DNA from: Eledone cirrhosa
Lineage: Eukaryota
DNA length: 64,000 nt
Direction of reading: 5' to 3'
Assembly (NCBI GenBank): GCA_964016885.1
Contig: OZ024742.1
Coordinates: 271,498,001 to 271,562,000, forward strand
This document shows positions 37,483-53,100 of the stretch, in pieces. Below the pieces are notes generated by a model. That model made no database searches. It had not been told where the DNA came from and saw only the letters and a program-made list of their open reading frames with translations. Each line of letters starts with the position of its first letter. Positions within the stretch are counted from its first letter, which is position 1. The translations under genes were made by a program, and so were the position numbers.

Positions 37483-37598
37483 AACAATTGTTTCGCTACT
37501 TCATATAATATTTCTGGATCAAATGATTATATATCATTATTGATCTGGTTCAGTTGGAAATAATTAACATATATAAAGATAGCGCAGCTCATCAGAAC
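37483..37598 (-). ncRNA. Hammerhead ribozyme (family H); core intact, 3' strand of stem I lost
   Basis: Minus strand gtt-CTGATGA-GCTGC...GTAGC-GAAA-CAATTG-TT; degenerate plus-strand copy at 38443-38561. Confidence 0.65.
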
Positions 37599-38695
37599 TT
37601 CAAAAGGAATATATATTTAAATAAGGAAAGAATGTTACATAAATGTAATGTTCCATATACTAAATTGACATTGCCGGACACCTAACATATTCTGTAGGTG
37701 CCCGGTTAAAACTGCTTCGGATACCAGCTCCTATATGTGGACTACCTCTAACCCTTTTAAGGTACGCTATAACGCGCACTCTTTTTTCCTTCCGAGACCC
37801 TACCAACAGATGTTCGACATCTCTAGCTGGGCTGATTGAAAACATTAAATTAACCAAGATTGAACACTCATTAACATGGGGTATCTTGGTTAGTGCCCAA
37901 CCGTTCAATGGACGAAGAAAATCTTGTGACGTTTGTCTTACCGAAGCTTATTACATAACTCTATCACGACCTCTACCGATTAACGATAAAACGGAGGTAA
38001 CTATTAGCTGTCAACATCGAAGGGCTAATTCCTTCTCCAACAGAATATTTGACCCAACATAGTCATCTAGCCCCATTTTTACTTGTAGCTAATAAGTTAA
38101 ATAGCTATAACTAACTTAGATAATTATAGGTTACCTACCTTACATTGTCTCTCAATTAAATTTTTTTTAAAATAGCACTTAACTATAAACTACCCAGAAT
38201 TTCTAATCTCTCGAGGAGTTACTTCCCCTGAAACCACCCTCTAATTAGTAAGGTAAATATGTCCATTGGCGGCCATCTTGTTACCCATAGGCAGATCTCA
38301 TACAATGCAGCCTCGACAGAAGAATACTGCTCGACTATGGGAGACAATTGATATACGCAGGGCACCATGGTGAAATACCAATATATGGAACATTACATTT
38401 ATGTAACATTCTTTCCTTATTTTAATTTATATTCCTTTTGCAGTTCCGATGAGCTGCTCTATCTTTACCTATGTTAATTATTTCTAACTGAACCAGATCA
38501 ATAATGATATATAATCATTTGATCCAGAAATATTATATGGAGTAGCGTAAGAATTGTAAACGGACATTATTATTATTAATATTATTATTATTATTATCTA
38601 CATTCCTTACATCAAACTAAAATATATTGACAATATTTTAATAATATTTTCCTTCTGAAATTTCAGGTCTTGATTTGCTTAACTAACATATATAT

Positions 38696-40105
<1,410 letters not shown>

Positions 40106-40137
40106 TATATATATATATATATACACTTTGACGCAAT

Positions 40138-40308
40138 TGACAGTATCGGTATATACACATACATACACGCGCTCACAGACATATATATATATTTCTGAGT
40201 TAAAATCCCGCCGAAGTTAACTTTGCTTTTCATCCTTGCGGGGGTCGATAAAATAAAGTACCAGTAACGTACTGGGTAATTGCTGGCCTTGTGCCAATAG
40301 AAGAAACA

Positions 40309-40310
<2 letters not shown>
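40138..40310 (+). mobile_element. SINE copy, same family as 37286-37472, 5' part disrupted
   Basis: ctgagttaaaatcccgccgaagttaactttgc...gtcgataaaataaagtaccag...gaaacaattatt. Confidence 0.8.
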
Positions 40311-40362
<52 letters not shown>

Positions 40363-40375
40363 GTTATTATTATTG

Positions 40376-41821
40376 TGGCAGTATACACGACGAAGGCAAT
40401 CTTGTTCCCGTTTTTTTGTGATATTTCAACAGTTTTAATTGCGAACTTATTGTAAAAAAATTATATTGTTTTGTGTTTGAAGGGGTCGAAATTACCGGTA
40501 TTTAGTCCTTCGGGGCTGAACATCAGTTTGAACTTTGCATTTAGCAAATACGCCCACAACAAAAAAAAGAAAAGTGGCGTCATTCAAAAAATCTGTTTCT
40601 CTACCATGTTTCTACACAAAAATTACTTCTTCAGCAAGGTATCATGCTCAACCTTCTTTTTACTCACCCATCTGTCAGCGTGGGGTCTCGCTTTCCTTTT
40701 CGTCTTCTTCTTCGTCATATAGTGAAAGTCAGGCAAAGACTATTTATTTCTCTTCTTCATCATGCGGCGGTCGAGCAGCGGTTTTTGCTGATGCATTTGA
40801 CAACAAAGGAGGTAACAGCAGTGGGAGTATTAACAATAACACTTGTGGTTACAGTAGCAGCAGCAGGAGCAACACCAACAACACCGTTTGTAGCAGTAGC
40901 AACAAAAGGACCATCTCTTTTGCAAAGGTGGCTCGCAATGTAGAAACAGTCCTTACCACAGAAGAGGAGATGGCGGTCGCAAGACACATGGTAGCCAGAA
41001 CTGAATTTTCAGTGTCCTTGAAACCACCAACTGACTTCCCCGAGGGTTAAGAGCGACGCACATTGTCATACCGCACGATTGCCACGAAATCGTGTCGTGT
41101 GGAGAGAGCCTCGGAAGCCCAAATCCAGAAGGCCTTGAGAACTGTGTAGGTTCGGAAAACTCACATAACTCGTGGCAAGAAACATGCTACTGTAGACGTC
41201 CTTTTTGTTACCAACGTGGAAGCAAAATCGCACTCACTGAGGATCATACGGAGTGATGACATAACGATAGTCCCGTTTTACAGGGGGGGGGGGGGGAATT
41301 GCAAAGTTCGAGGTAACCCAGGTCCCGCCTAAGTACGGCTGCCTTGGCCGGTGGTGTCTGTTCTTGCGGGCAACGAGAATAGAACAACCATTCTGCAGGT
41401 ACATCATTCTGGGAGAGCGGACTGGTTCGGTATTGGAATGGAGATGCCCATCGAAACCTTACTAAGACTGCATCAGCACTATTCCCGACGTAATAGACCT
41501 CAGGAATGGCTCCCAACTTCCCATATCTGTTGAAGGAAGGCGCCCAAAGCCATTCAACTGTTGATCGAAGTCTCACCTCAGAGCTTTCTGTCCACAGAAA
41601 ATAACAAAGGCCAAGTTCCACCTCCTCTCAATGCCGGAACAGCTGTCATCAGAAACAGAGCAGTTAGCGAAAAAGACGGGATACTCTACAGGTAATAGGA
41701 GCACAACGTCCGTGGCACCCACACCAATGCCACGGACAACAAAAGCAGTGGCGGAAACTGCAGCAGCAGAAACAGTTGTACTAGCTTCACCTGTGACAAG
41801 AACGGCAGACCAGGCTCAACC

Positions 41822-41853
<32 letters not shown>

Positions 41854-44800
41854 CAAATACAAATGAGATGCTAGAACTCATACCCCTCCCCGACCTCTCA
41901 CAGTCGGACACGGAGTATGAGGCAGCTAAGGAGTGGAAAACGGTTGTCAACAAAAAGAACAAAAAAATCACAGCTTCTCCCTCTAAAAACAAAGGCAAAG
42001 AAAGAGGAGTAAAGACTGTAAGGAGAGTTGCAGCAACGCCACCGCCATCACCACCAACACCAACAACAACCACACCACCAGCAGCATCACCAAAAACACC
42101 AACATCGCAAACACAACAAAGCACACACACACCCAACAGCAACAACAAGAAAACAGCAACAAAATCAACACCTCCCCCAAAAAGCACACAGCCATAAATA
42201 TCACACACAAAAGATTAATGGAACATATAAAACAACACACAGACATTACAGACTTAAATTATCCCACCCCACCAAAACAAAGAACATTACCCCAAAATAT
42301 TACATTTGTCGAAATTAAACTGGAAGACTATAAACAATTAAAGCAAACATTCCCCAAAGCAGTTGAAGATTTCAGGAGGTCACTCCTCAAAAGAATATAT
42401 ACCGATATCATCTTGGAGACATCCATGACCGGCCAAAGGGACGGTTCTACTGTCCCTTCCCCAGACGATCAAGGTAAGAGATCCTTTCTCGATGTATACG
42501 TATCTCTCAGTCGTCCGGGATCGGGAAGACGATTTGATGTGCTATTTCGGAGAGGCTTGGATCTTGACGTACGGGCCATCTTCCTCTACCCAGAAGGTAA
42601 GTAGGTGGTGCTGGACGTGACCGGCAGCGAAGGCAATGCTTTCAGGCTAGTAGCCGTCTACGCCCGAACAGGGGCAGGACGGCCAGATTTCTTTAGACGT
42701 CTAGAGACCTTTCTTGGAACGTCTCGCTCTTTAGTGTTAGTGGGCAACTGGAACGGTATCTTAGATGCACTCTGGGAGTATGTGGGGTTAGTAGATAGGG
42801 GTGGAGAGGTTGTAAAAGCCCCAAAACCTGCTCAGACGTTTTGAATTGTCTGACAGGTATTGACTGGATTATCCGAATGTGCCAATTTAGACATGGGCAA
42901 ACGGCATCGGGTCATCCAGATCGTATTTAGACAGAGTATTCTGTAGGGAAACATAAAGTTAGAGTAGGTTGTCCACAATTTAAAGTAGTCGACTACACGG
43001 ACCACACATTTGTGATCTGTGAGTTTGACTTAGATAGACTCCATAGGCAAGGGCCTGGTTACTGGAAGCTGAACACGGCGTTCCGGCTAGCAAAGCTTAC
43101 AGAGACAGGATTATCGAATTAGTTAAGCGTGCGTTGAAGGGTGCGATCGTCAACAACAGGTGGTGGTTCACCCTGAAAAGGGCTATTAGAGTAGAATCGA
43201 TAACGTTTAGCAAAGGAGTAGTGATTGAGGAAAATAGTGTAAAGGGAAAGCTAGTTAGAAAGCTAGAAGAGGCGTTTAGGACAGGCATCGCAACCGATGT
43301 GCTTGTGGCGAGATTGGCACTCGACCAATTCTTCAACGCAAAGCATGAAGGCTGCGTTGTCAGTGTTACAGCGCGTGCTCTGAGACACAAGGGGACGACA
43401 TTCCTTCAATGGGCCCGGGTGGTGGAGGCGCAACGTGGCAACAAATCCACAATTCAGTATTTGCCTGATTAAAACGGGCTCATGTTGCTCGAAGCCGAGC
43501 AGATGTGTGAGGCTTTTTAACAGCACTTTGCTCTATTCTTCGGAAGATGCTGGGTGGTAGTATGGACTTCGGTTCATACCACGACGGACTGCCGCGGCCC
43601 TGGACGACCGCAAGGCAGTGCTACGAAAAGCTGATAACAGCAGGTGAAATACGGGAAGCGATATCTGACTGCACGAGGGGTAAATCACCAGGTTTGGATG
43701 ATCTGCCCTACGAGCTTTAAGCATTTATGCAAGACTTGTTCGACGACTTCTTGGCAGATGTCTACTGCAATTGGCAGTAGAATGGGAGCATTCCCAGTTT
43801 TGTGAGACGGGGAGCGGTGGCGCTGCTGAGAAAAGACCCGAACAAAGGTGACATTATAGACAACATCAGGTTCATAACTCTGCTAAACGCAGAGTTCAAG
43901 ATTTTAGCAAAGCTGTTAGCAAAGAGATAGGCGCTTGTCTTCGGTGATCTGGTTGGAGAAGCGGAAACATGCGCCATTCCGAACAGATCCATCCACGACA
44001 ACCTCCATCTCATGCAATACATCATAGATAGTGTGTGTGTGTGGGGGGGGGGGTTAAGGAACCTGCCACGGGTGCGGCCTTGATCAACTGGGATCAATCT
44101 TAAGCATTTGATATAGTCGACCATCGGTACTTGGCTGCGGTCCTCAAGGCGGCCGGATTCGGCCCGTTTTTATGGGCTGGATCGCTGCGATGCACAGCAA
44201 TATCTCCTCGATCGTGAGGGTGAATGGTCACCTGTCGCAGCCGTTCAGCATCATGGGCTCGGTCCTCGAGCCATTACTGCACAATTTGGAGACCATGATG
44301 GGGACCCTCGCAAACTGGGATGCGGGATATACATGTCGGCTACGCCGACGACGTCACCGTGGTTTTCTCGAACACCAAGCTCGTCCAGGTCCACGGCTCC
44401 GCTCTCAAGGAATACGAAGCGGTGACAGGAGCAAAGATAAACCAGAAAAAGTCTGTCGTCTTGCAACTCGGCACCTGAAGAGGCAGTCCATGCCGTCCAA
44501 GAGCGTCGTGGGGCGCTGGGCGGAATGGCCGGTTAAATTGGTCGGGGTCTATTTCGGTCCAGACGTCCATATGGAAATGGGCCGAGAGGAGGGTGTCTCT
44601 GAAATGTCGGGCTGATTTAGCGAACGTGTTCATCGCGTTTTTCATCTGCTACTGCCTGATCGTGGTACCTTGTCCCCCCCCCATCTCTGACCAAAATGGA
44701 GCGCCTTCTCTTCCGCATTTTGTGGAAGGGACATGCTCCCATGGCCAGACGATCCATTTTCTCTCAACCTAGGCATGCCGTGGCTGATGATGCACAAACA

Positions 44801-45780
44801 TGCGCTGAGGCTGCGTCATCTCTGGTCCTTCATTGACAGTGAATAGGTGTGGGCGCCGTTTCCCAGACGCGCTTTTCCTCAGCTCCTCTCCTTGACGGAG
44901 CTGCAGTCTGGATCAGGAAAAACCCGAGGGATAGCGTTTGGAAACTGAATGTCTCCAGGCGCTCACCGCGCTCTACCAGCTGGGCACTACTATCGGTGGC
45001 ACATCCACCTCGGCGTTCTACAGAGGCCTAGTGGTGGTAAAGCGACGAGGTTCACGGAAAGACGCTGGGCGTCAAAGACGATCAGCTGTTCGCTCTCTTC
45101 AAGAGAAATTTCAGACCGGGGCCTATGGACAACTTCCAGAAATCCCTGGCCTAGCAGTGGTATCGGGGAGGGTTGTCGGTTCGGGTTAAGCTCTACAGGC
45201 ACGGAGCTGCTGTCAGCCGAACCTATCCCAGATGCGCGAAGGGCGACAAAACCGTCCTGCGCGCATCGTTCAGTGTCCGAGGATTGCTGACTTGTGGGCT
45301 TATGTCGAAAGAGATTGTGTGGTGGACAAGGTTGAAAGGGTTAAAGAGGGACACAGCCTCTCCAGCCAATTCCTGATTAACTTTTTCAAGTTTCACTTGG
45401 AGAGGAAAATCAGGGTGGAGAGGCAAGAGCTGTCTTCCAGTAAGTTTGTTGAAAGGTGGGTGAAAGTGGCGATTCTGCTCCGAGTGAACAGGCCCGCTCT
45501 GAGTATGCGCCTGTAGACTGAGAAGTGGGAAAAGTGAGAGAGGGCGCTTGCCCTGGTGGTCAGGGTGACCGTGGCCTTTTTGTGTGGCTTTCGCCACGAG
45601 TGACCCTCGGAGTTTTACCCCATTTTGGAGAATTTTTGTTGTTTCAATTCTTTTAAAGTCTAGCCCCATTTTGTTAGAACCTGTTTACACGACCAAAACC
45701 CTCTTTATATCGTCCTGTACTGTTCTGTGCCGTCTCTAATGTTTTTATTCGTGTTAGCCCTTATGGCCAATAAAGAAACA

Positions 45781-45812
<32 letters not shown>
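40376..45812 (+). mobile_element. Near full-length decayed Tx1-like LINE between two (ATT)n tracts
   Basis: ORF1 remnants (SFAKVA, Pro/Thr-rich region, WKTV); APE FRLVAVYA, GYWKLN; RT YADDV; (ATT)n tail 45780-45812; deletion near 42490 removes the ORF2 start. Confidence 0.88.
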
Positions 45813-45813
<1 letters not shown>

Positions 45814-48560
45814 GGCGACCTACGTAGTAAATCGTATCATCGTGAGCTCCGCAAAGGTTTGTTGTTTTCGTTTGTTAAAAATTGCCATTTATGGAAAATT
45901 TTTATTATTGACTGTATATAAGTGCACATACATTATTTTCCGAAAAGGACACTCAAAAAGATTGGGGCCTTGAGCCCAAAATTTAAACTTTTATAATTAT
46001 TAAAAAAAACTTTCTATGAAAAAAACATAGATGACTCAATGCCACACGAAGCTGACAGCCTTCCTCACAAACTAACACCTCACACCGACACCACCATTGT
46101 AAATATTACTAAGTTTGCCAACACTAAAAATATAAGCAGTAGCAATATTTTAAATTTGTCTCAGGCAGACATTCATTTCCCGCCATTACCAATGACTGCA
46201 GGTGTTAAAACCGCCACCCCCACCACCACCACAGCGACAATAGAAACAAAAGAAAAAAATAAATTAACTCGTGATATCGAAATGAATTCAACCAAAATGA
46301 ACTCTTCCACACCGAACATCACTGACGCCACAACCACCACAACTGAAACTAAAATTAATAATAACAAAAAAACGATAACAACAACAGCAACAATGACATT
46401 AAGAAAACCACCCTGAGTTTTGCCAGAGTAGCAAAACAGTGCGAAGCATTTCAGGTAACTCAGGAGGAATTAGAAGAAGCCAGACAAATGGTAAACAAAG
46501 ATGGGTACAGCGTCAGCCACCCACCCACCCCACCTAATAAAATGGAGCATCGGCGCCTATGCACCGTGTCTTATCGAACAATTAATATAAAATCGCGCCA
46601 AGTGGAACGGGCATTCGAGTCCCAAATCCCAAAAGCTTTGGGACATGTGTCGGCAAATAAAACCCACATCAGACGTGGGCAGAAGTATGGAACCGTGGAC
46701 GTGTTCTTTGAAACACCACAGGAGGCTAGAGAACACTCCATGGCACCATTAAGAAGTGACGACTTCACCCTCGTCCTAAGCTATTGTGGCCAGAGACTCG
46801 TAAAGATCAGGGTCACCCACGTTCCACCGCCCATCGAAATTCTCTGGTCAATAGCTGCCGTCCTCGCCGGCATCGAAGCCAACACCAAGATAATCGAAAT
46901 AGTGAAAGATAAGCAGGAGAACTGGTCCAGATCTGGGATGTAGATCTTGATCCAAGCGGACCAAAAAAGCATTGAGGAGATCCCAGAGGTAATAGACCTC
47001 ATTGGCGTAGCCACCTCACCGTAATTGTCGAGGGCAGAAGGCCTAGGTGTGTCGTTTGTGGTGAAGTAACCACCTAAGGGCTTTCTGCCCTCAGGTTAAA
47101 AGGTTTAGGCCACCTCTCCTACCCACCCCAGTGACTCAACCATCAACACCACTAGCAGCAGAGATGGCAGCAACAACTGTAGCAGCAACAACAGAAGCAA
47201 CTGTAACAGCAACAACCCCATCAACAGTAGCAAAACCAACACCACCACCACCACCCAACGCGCCAGAACTAGCACCAGCGCCTACACCATCCACCACGCC
47301 ACAACCAAAACTAACGCCTGTGGAGGATTTTCCACTCCCCGGCCTATCACAACTGGAGACAGATTGTCACGACGAGGAGTGGGAAACGGTATCAGGAAAA
47401 AAGAAAAGAAGAAACCAAAAAAGAAAAAAATATCTTCCTCCCTCCCCCTCCAAAAACAAAATACAGAGGGAAACAAATAAACTATCAAGCAAAAAAGTTA
47501 TGACAGATACGCCACCATCCACACCAGCATCATCAACCCCATCACCCCAAACACCAAAACCATCACCATCATTAACCCCAACACCACTATCACCTACACC
47601 ACAAAAGTCAACAAGAAGCGAAACAGAAACAAACCCACAACAAACACAAACAAAACAAAACATCCAAAAGACTACACAACAACCCAAAAGTTCACACCAC
47701 CTCCACACATACAAATCACTCGCATCACACAGAAAACGTACATCGCACTAAAACAAAAAGTCCCCAAAGATATCGGAGACTTCCGACAAGCACTCTCCAG
47801 GGGGATTTATAAGGACATCCTTCCTGAGGAGGCCACAATCAGTGAAAAGGATGGAGAAACCGTCCTTCCTCTACGAGAAGTAAGGTAAGTGGTCTTTCCC
47901 ATCTTTTCCACTCCATTTCAGCATGACCTCACTCAGAATAGGCAGCATAAATGCCCGTGGCTTGGGGTCGTCATGGAAGCAGGGTCACCTGCTCAACGAC
48001 CTCAGGTCACTAAACATAGATGTAATGGCCATCAGCGAGACCAGAATCTCCGAAGCATGGGCCTTCGCACCGATCTTCGGCGGCTACGATGTGTACGCTT
48101 CTCCCAGCCGTCCGGGATCGGGGGTGGAGTTGCTGTGCTTTTTCGGAGTGGTTTGGATCTCGCCATACGAACCATCTCCCTGGACCCAGAAGGTAAGTTG
48201 GTGGTGCTGGACGTGACCAGCGGAGATGGGCAAGCTTTCAGGCTAGTGGCCGTCTATGCCCCGACAGGAGCAGGGCGGCCTGATTTCTTCCGGCGTCTGG
48301 AGACCTTTCTTCGTCCGACCCGCTCTTTAGTGTTAGTGGGCGACTGGAACGGGATCTTAGATTCACGCTGGGACTGTGTGGGATTAGCAGTTAGGGGAAG
48401 AGGGTGCAAGAGTCTCACCAACCTGCTCAGGCGTTTTGAACTGTCTCACAGGTACCGATTAGATTTCCCGAATGTGCCAATGTGGACTTGGACAAATTTC
48501 ATAGGGTCATCCAGATCATATCTAGATAGAGTATTTTGTAGGGAAATAGATAGGTCTAGC
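45813..48560 (+). mobile_element. 5' half of a Tx1-like LINE (ORF1 plus APE domain), truncated at 48560
   Basis: ORF2 start MTSLRIGSINARGL at 47923; GDWN, SYLDR; ORF1 zinc knuckle near 47045-47090. Confidence 0.87.
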
Positions 48561-48692
48561 GGAGGTACTTCCATATGGTCTGGCATTTGCAGCCCCTCTC
48601 TTCTGAGTGAGACACTCGAGATACACAAGGGTGCGATAAATATAATCAATCGCAGGGCAGATTCCTTTGGTACATGTCGACTCCTAAGTAGG
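48561..48692 (+). repeat. 132-bp inverted-repeat arm (partner at 56411-56542), possible DNA-transposon terminus
   Basis: One mismatch relative to the reverse complement of 56411-56542. Confidence 0.85.
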
Positions 48693-49610
48693 GGAAATTT
48701 CATCAAGCTATGTGGATAGCAACCTTAACATAGTGAGTCGAAGATACACGAGCCCCGCACACTAGACCTATCTCATCTCTCTCTACTCCTCTTGGCTCGA
48801 TTAGCATCTAAAGATATTCATGAGTCACACTAACTTAGCGGTCGTGCCAAACCTTACTTCGCTTGGGACTTCCCCCCAGTCTAACGTCCTCAGTTATAAT
48901 CCACGTTTTTAACTACTAGCTATTTAGCAAGATAATATTCACCGGCAGAATTCACAATGGGTATCTACATACACCACAGATCTCTGCTCTCTGGTTTTCA
49001 CTATCTATCCTCTGTCTACAATTTCGTTTTCCTTAGGATAAATTATATCCAAACTAATTCCTTACGGTTGAGTGAACCTTAGTCGGTAACTAAATGCTTC
49101 TTGTAGCAATGAACTTACGTACCACCGGCCTACCCTTCACAACACATCTATTTTGAGCGCTAGCCATGTGGTGTTTTTACCGCTTTTGAATTCGTTACTG
49201 ACGGCGATCAATTTCTAAATTTCGGTCCTAACTGATGGAGTCCCTTGGAAAGTTCGGAGCCACATGGATAATGCAAAGATTAGACATTTCAAGAAAGTAC
49301 GAGTGAAACTATTAATAGTCGGGACTGTGAGAATTTTTGTGACATTTATCTTTTTATTTTCTTCAAATTTACATTTTAGACATAGTTCCGATTAATTGAT
49401 TATTTGATAGTTAATTTCTATGGACTAAGACCGAATACGAGGTAAATCTTATCTGAAAATTTCTCATGGGGGAATATCGAGAAGATTTATATGTTATTTC
49501 TTCAAAGTCACATTTTAAACTTAGCTCCATATAAATGATTGTTTAACTAGTTGATTTATACCGACAGAGAAGAAAAAATTTGATGAATTTTGTCTGACTA
49601 TTCTTCAGGC

Positions 49611-50585
<975 letters not shown>

Positions 50586-50623
50586 GTCTATATATATATA
50601 TATATATATATTTCTATACTTTC

Positions 50624-50714
<91 letters not shown>

Positions 50715-50755
50715 GAAGAAGAACATGGTCAACAGTACAAACAATTAGATCTATT

Positions 50756-50859
50756 TACAGTCTGACAATTGTTTCTATGATAGTGTTCTGCTAAACACTG
50801 AAGATAGTGGCACTCAATTTAAAATACATGCAACCTTCAACATTTCGTCGGAAACTATA
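50756..50859 (-). ncRNA. Type-I hammerhead in Penelope pLTR (U4C in core)
   Basis: Minus strand TATAGTTT-CCGACGA-aatg...cata-GAAA-CAATTG-TC-AGACTGTA. Confidence 0.68.
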
Positions 50860-51324
50860 CAAAATATATGCGTAACGCTAAATTTATAAATTCAAATTAC
50901 TACATCAATAATAGTATTAATGATAAAGATATAGAGAGAAATAAAGGAAGTGGACAGATGGAAAGAAGGGGGGAAAAGAACGACGAAAGAGAAAACGAAA
51001 ATACAGTTAAATGCATAACCGGCAAAATTACGAAATCAAACTATCACATCAAAATAAAGATAATATTAATAATAATGATACAGATAGGCAGAAAAGAGGG
51101 GGATAGATGTAGTAAAGGCAGAGAAGAAGAAGTATGAATAAGGAAAAAGAGAAAGTGAGAGAGAAAGATGAAGAATGAAGAGTAAATCAGGTAGAGATAG
51201 TGATTGTTGATGAATACAGGCAGAGATAGAGAGAAGAGAAAGAGGAAGATAAACAGACGGACGAATATACATTAATACAAGGTTCAAAGTAAGGGGAAAA
51301 TAGAGATTTAAGCAAAGAAACAGA

Positions 51325-51359
<35 letters not shown>

Positions 51360-51748
51360 ATGCGTTGAAGAGATTAATAAGCGTAGTATTAATGTTGTTA
51401 ATGTTATTGTGAATAGTTATTGATGATTATTAAATAAGGATACATGTAAAGTTGAAAATATTATAACATTGGATGTATTTATGTGTGTATTGGATATTTT
51501 AATAAGTAAATTAACTAGTTTAAGATGTATTACATGATAAGATAAATGATCGAGGTGAAATAGGTTTAAGTAGAGAAATGCAAAGACAAATGGTGAAAGA
51601 TAGAGGTGTATAAAAAAAATATAAATACAAAGGTTCTGAAGTTGTTCCTTGGTAATTATAAAGGTGACGATGGTGCTGATAATTTGATATCGTAATAGAT
51701 TCTAATAGTATAAAAGGGATAAGGAATAGTAAATGGAATTAAGTTGGT

Positions 51749-52222
51749 CTAAAGTTCTCGAATTTCATTGCTGATTTGTGCCGGCAAACAAATAGTTCGT
51801 TCAATTCTACTGTTAAGAAGGGTTTTACTGAAATTAAGAATTTGGAAGAGCTCCATATTACAGAGCCTGCAATGGGACATACCAGTGTGATAGGCCTTTG
51901 CTCTTGACAGTATTGTCCAACTGATCTCGTATTCAATGCTTGCATTTCTGAGTTGCCAGATTTTGTTGGCGAGAGTTGTTGTATTTGATTGATTTTTATT
52001 AATCATCGAATGCCTATGCACGTACCATCGTTTTTTACATTTACCAGCCGTGGAACCAATGTAATACCATGCCAGGCTACCTGAGTTTATAGTACACAGG
52101 CATACTACATTTTTCTTCAGGCATCTGTTTAGTAGAGGGCATTTGTCAGGTAAGTGGCAGTTGCATAAAGATGCTTTCCTATGCGACGGTTCTACTATAT
52201 GATTTTGTAGATTGTTATGCAT
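51749..52222 (-). pseudogene. Penelope GIY-YIG endonuclease domain
   Basis: YYIG motif with flanking Cys/His ligands typical of PLE endonucleases. Confidence 0.82.
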
Positions 52223-52883
52223 GGGCTGCGAATTAGGTTTGTTGATGTATTGTGGTGGTGCGCTCGGGCGTGTGTTCGGTTGCGATGATGTAATATGCGT
52301 GTGTTTTGTATTTGGTGATATGGTACTTAATTGCGGGCTCCTTGAATTATGAATTCTTTTGTAGTTAATTTTGTGAATGTGCGATTCTATGTTGTTGGCA
52401 ATGGAGTATGATGGTTTGATAGTTTTTCTATTACAGATTTTATTATATTTATGAATTTTAGGGAAGTGCTTGTCAACTAATTTAAAGGAGGTGAAAGGAA
52501 GCTTAGTTTTAATAGAGGAGTTAAAAATTGGATTAAACCATAAGTAGTTTCTATTTCTGCATCTTCTATGACTACTAGGAGTTTTTGTATTAGCATTCTA
52601 TTCAATTAAATTACGTGTATGCTGCCAATTTATGCATTTAGTCCTAGGATTGTTGCTTCTATGGTGGTGGGAAGAATTACTAACATTAAGTGTGTTTCTA
52701 TTTTTTGCATCTGTTATGTATCTGAGTCGCCCTATGTGGCCTACCTTAAGTAAAACTAAGTTGTAGTAATACATAGGAATACAAGCGAAGTCATGAACTC
52801 GCCATCCACGTACGTTTAAACTATCCATGATAAGTAGTTTTCACAAACTCTTATCGGATCACATTCAACGATATATTGTTATC

Positions 52884-53005
<122 letters not shown>

Positions 53006-53034
53006 CTGTGTGTGTGTTAAAAATAGTAGTAAGG

Positions 53035-53100
<66 letters not shown>

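Larger units (their letters stand above)
37196..38686. repeat. Inverted repeat of hammerhead family H; left arm interrupted by a SINE
   Basis: 37483-37657 plus 37196-37290 form the reverse complement of 38380-38686. Confidence 0.8.
50711..52700 (-). mobile_element. 3' part of a Penelope-like retroelement (GIY-YIG endonuclease plus pLTR hammerhead)
   Basis: ORF 51749-52222 CNCHLPDKCPL..C..KNVV...YYIGST..KKRWYVH...CRLCNME; upstream RNRNYLWFNP..DKHFP; hammerhead at 50756-50859. Confidence 0.85.

Noticed and set aside
37473-37490. Family H element ending exactly at its ribozyme cleavage site
   Set aside because: The arm resumes at 37196-37290 beyond an inserted SINE, so the apparent end is a SINE insertion with a small deletion.
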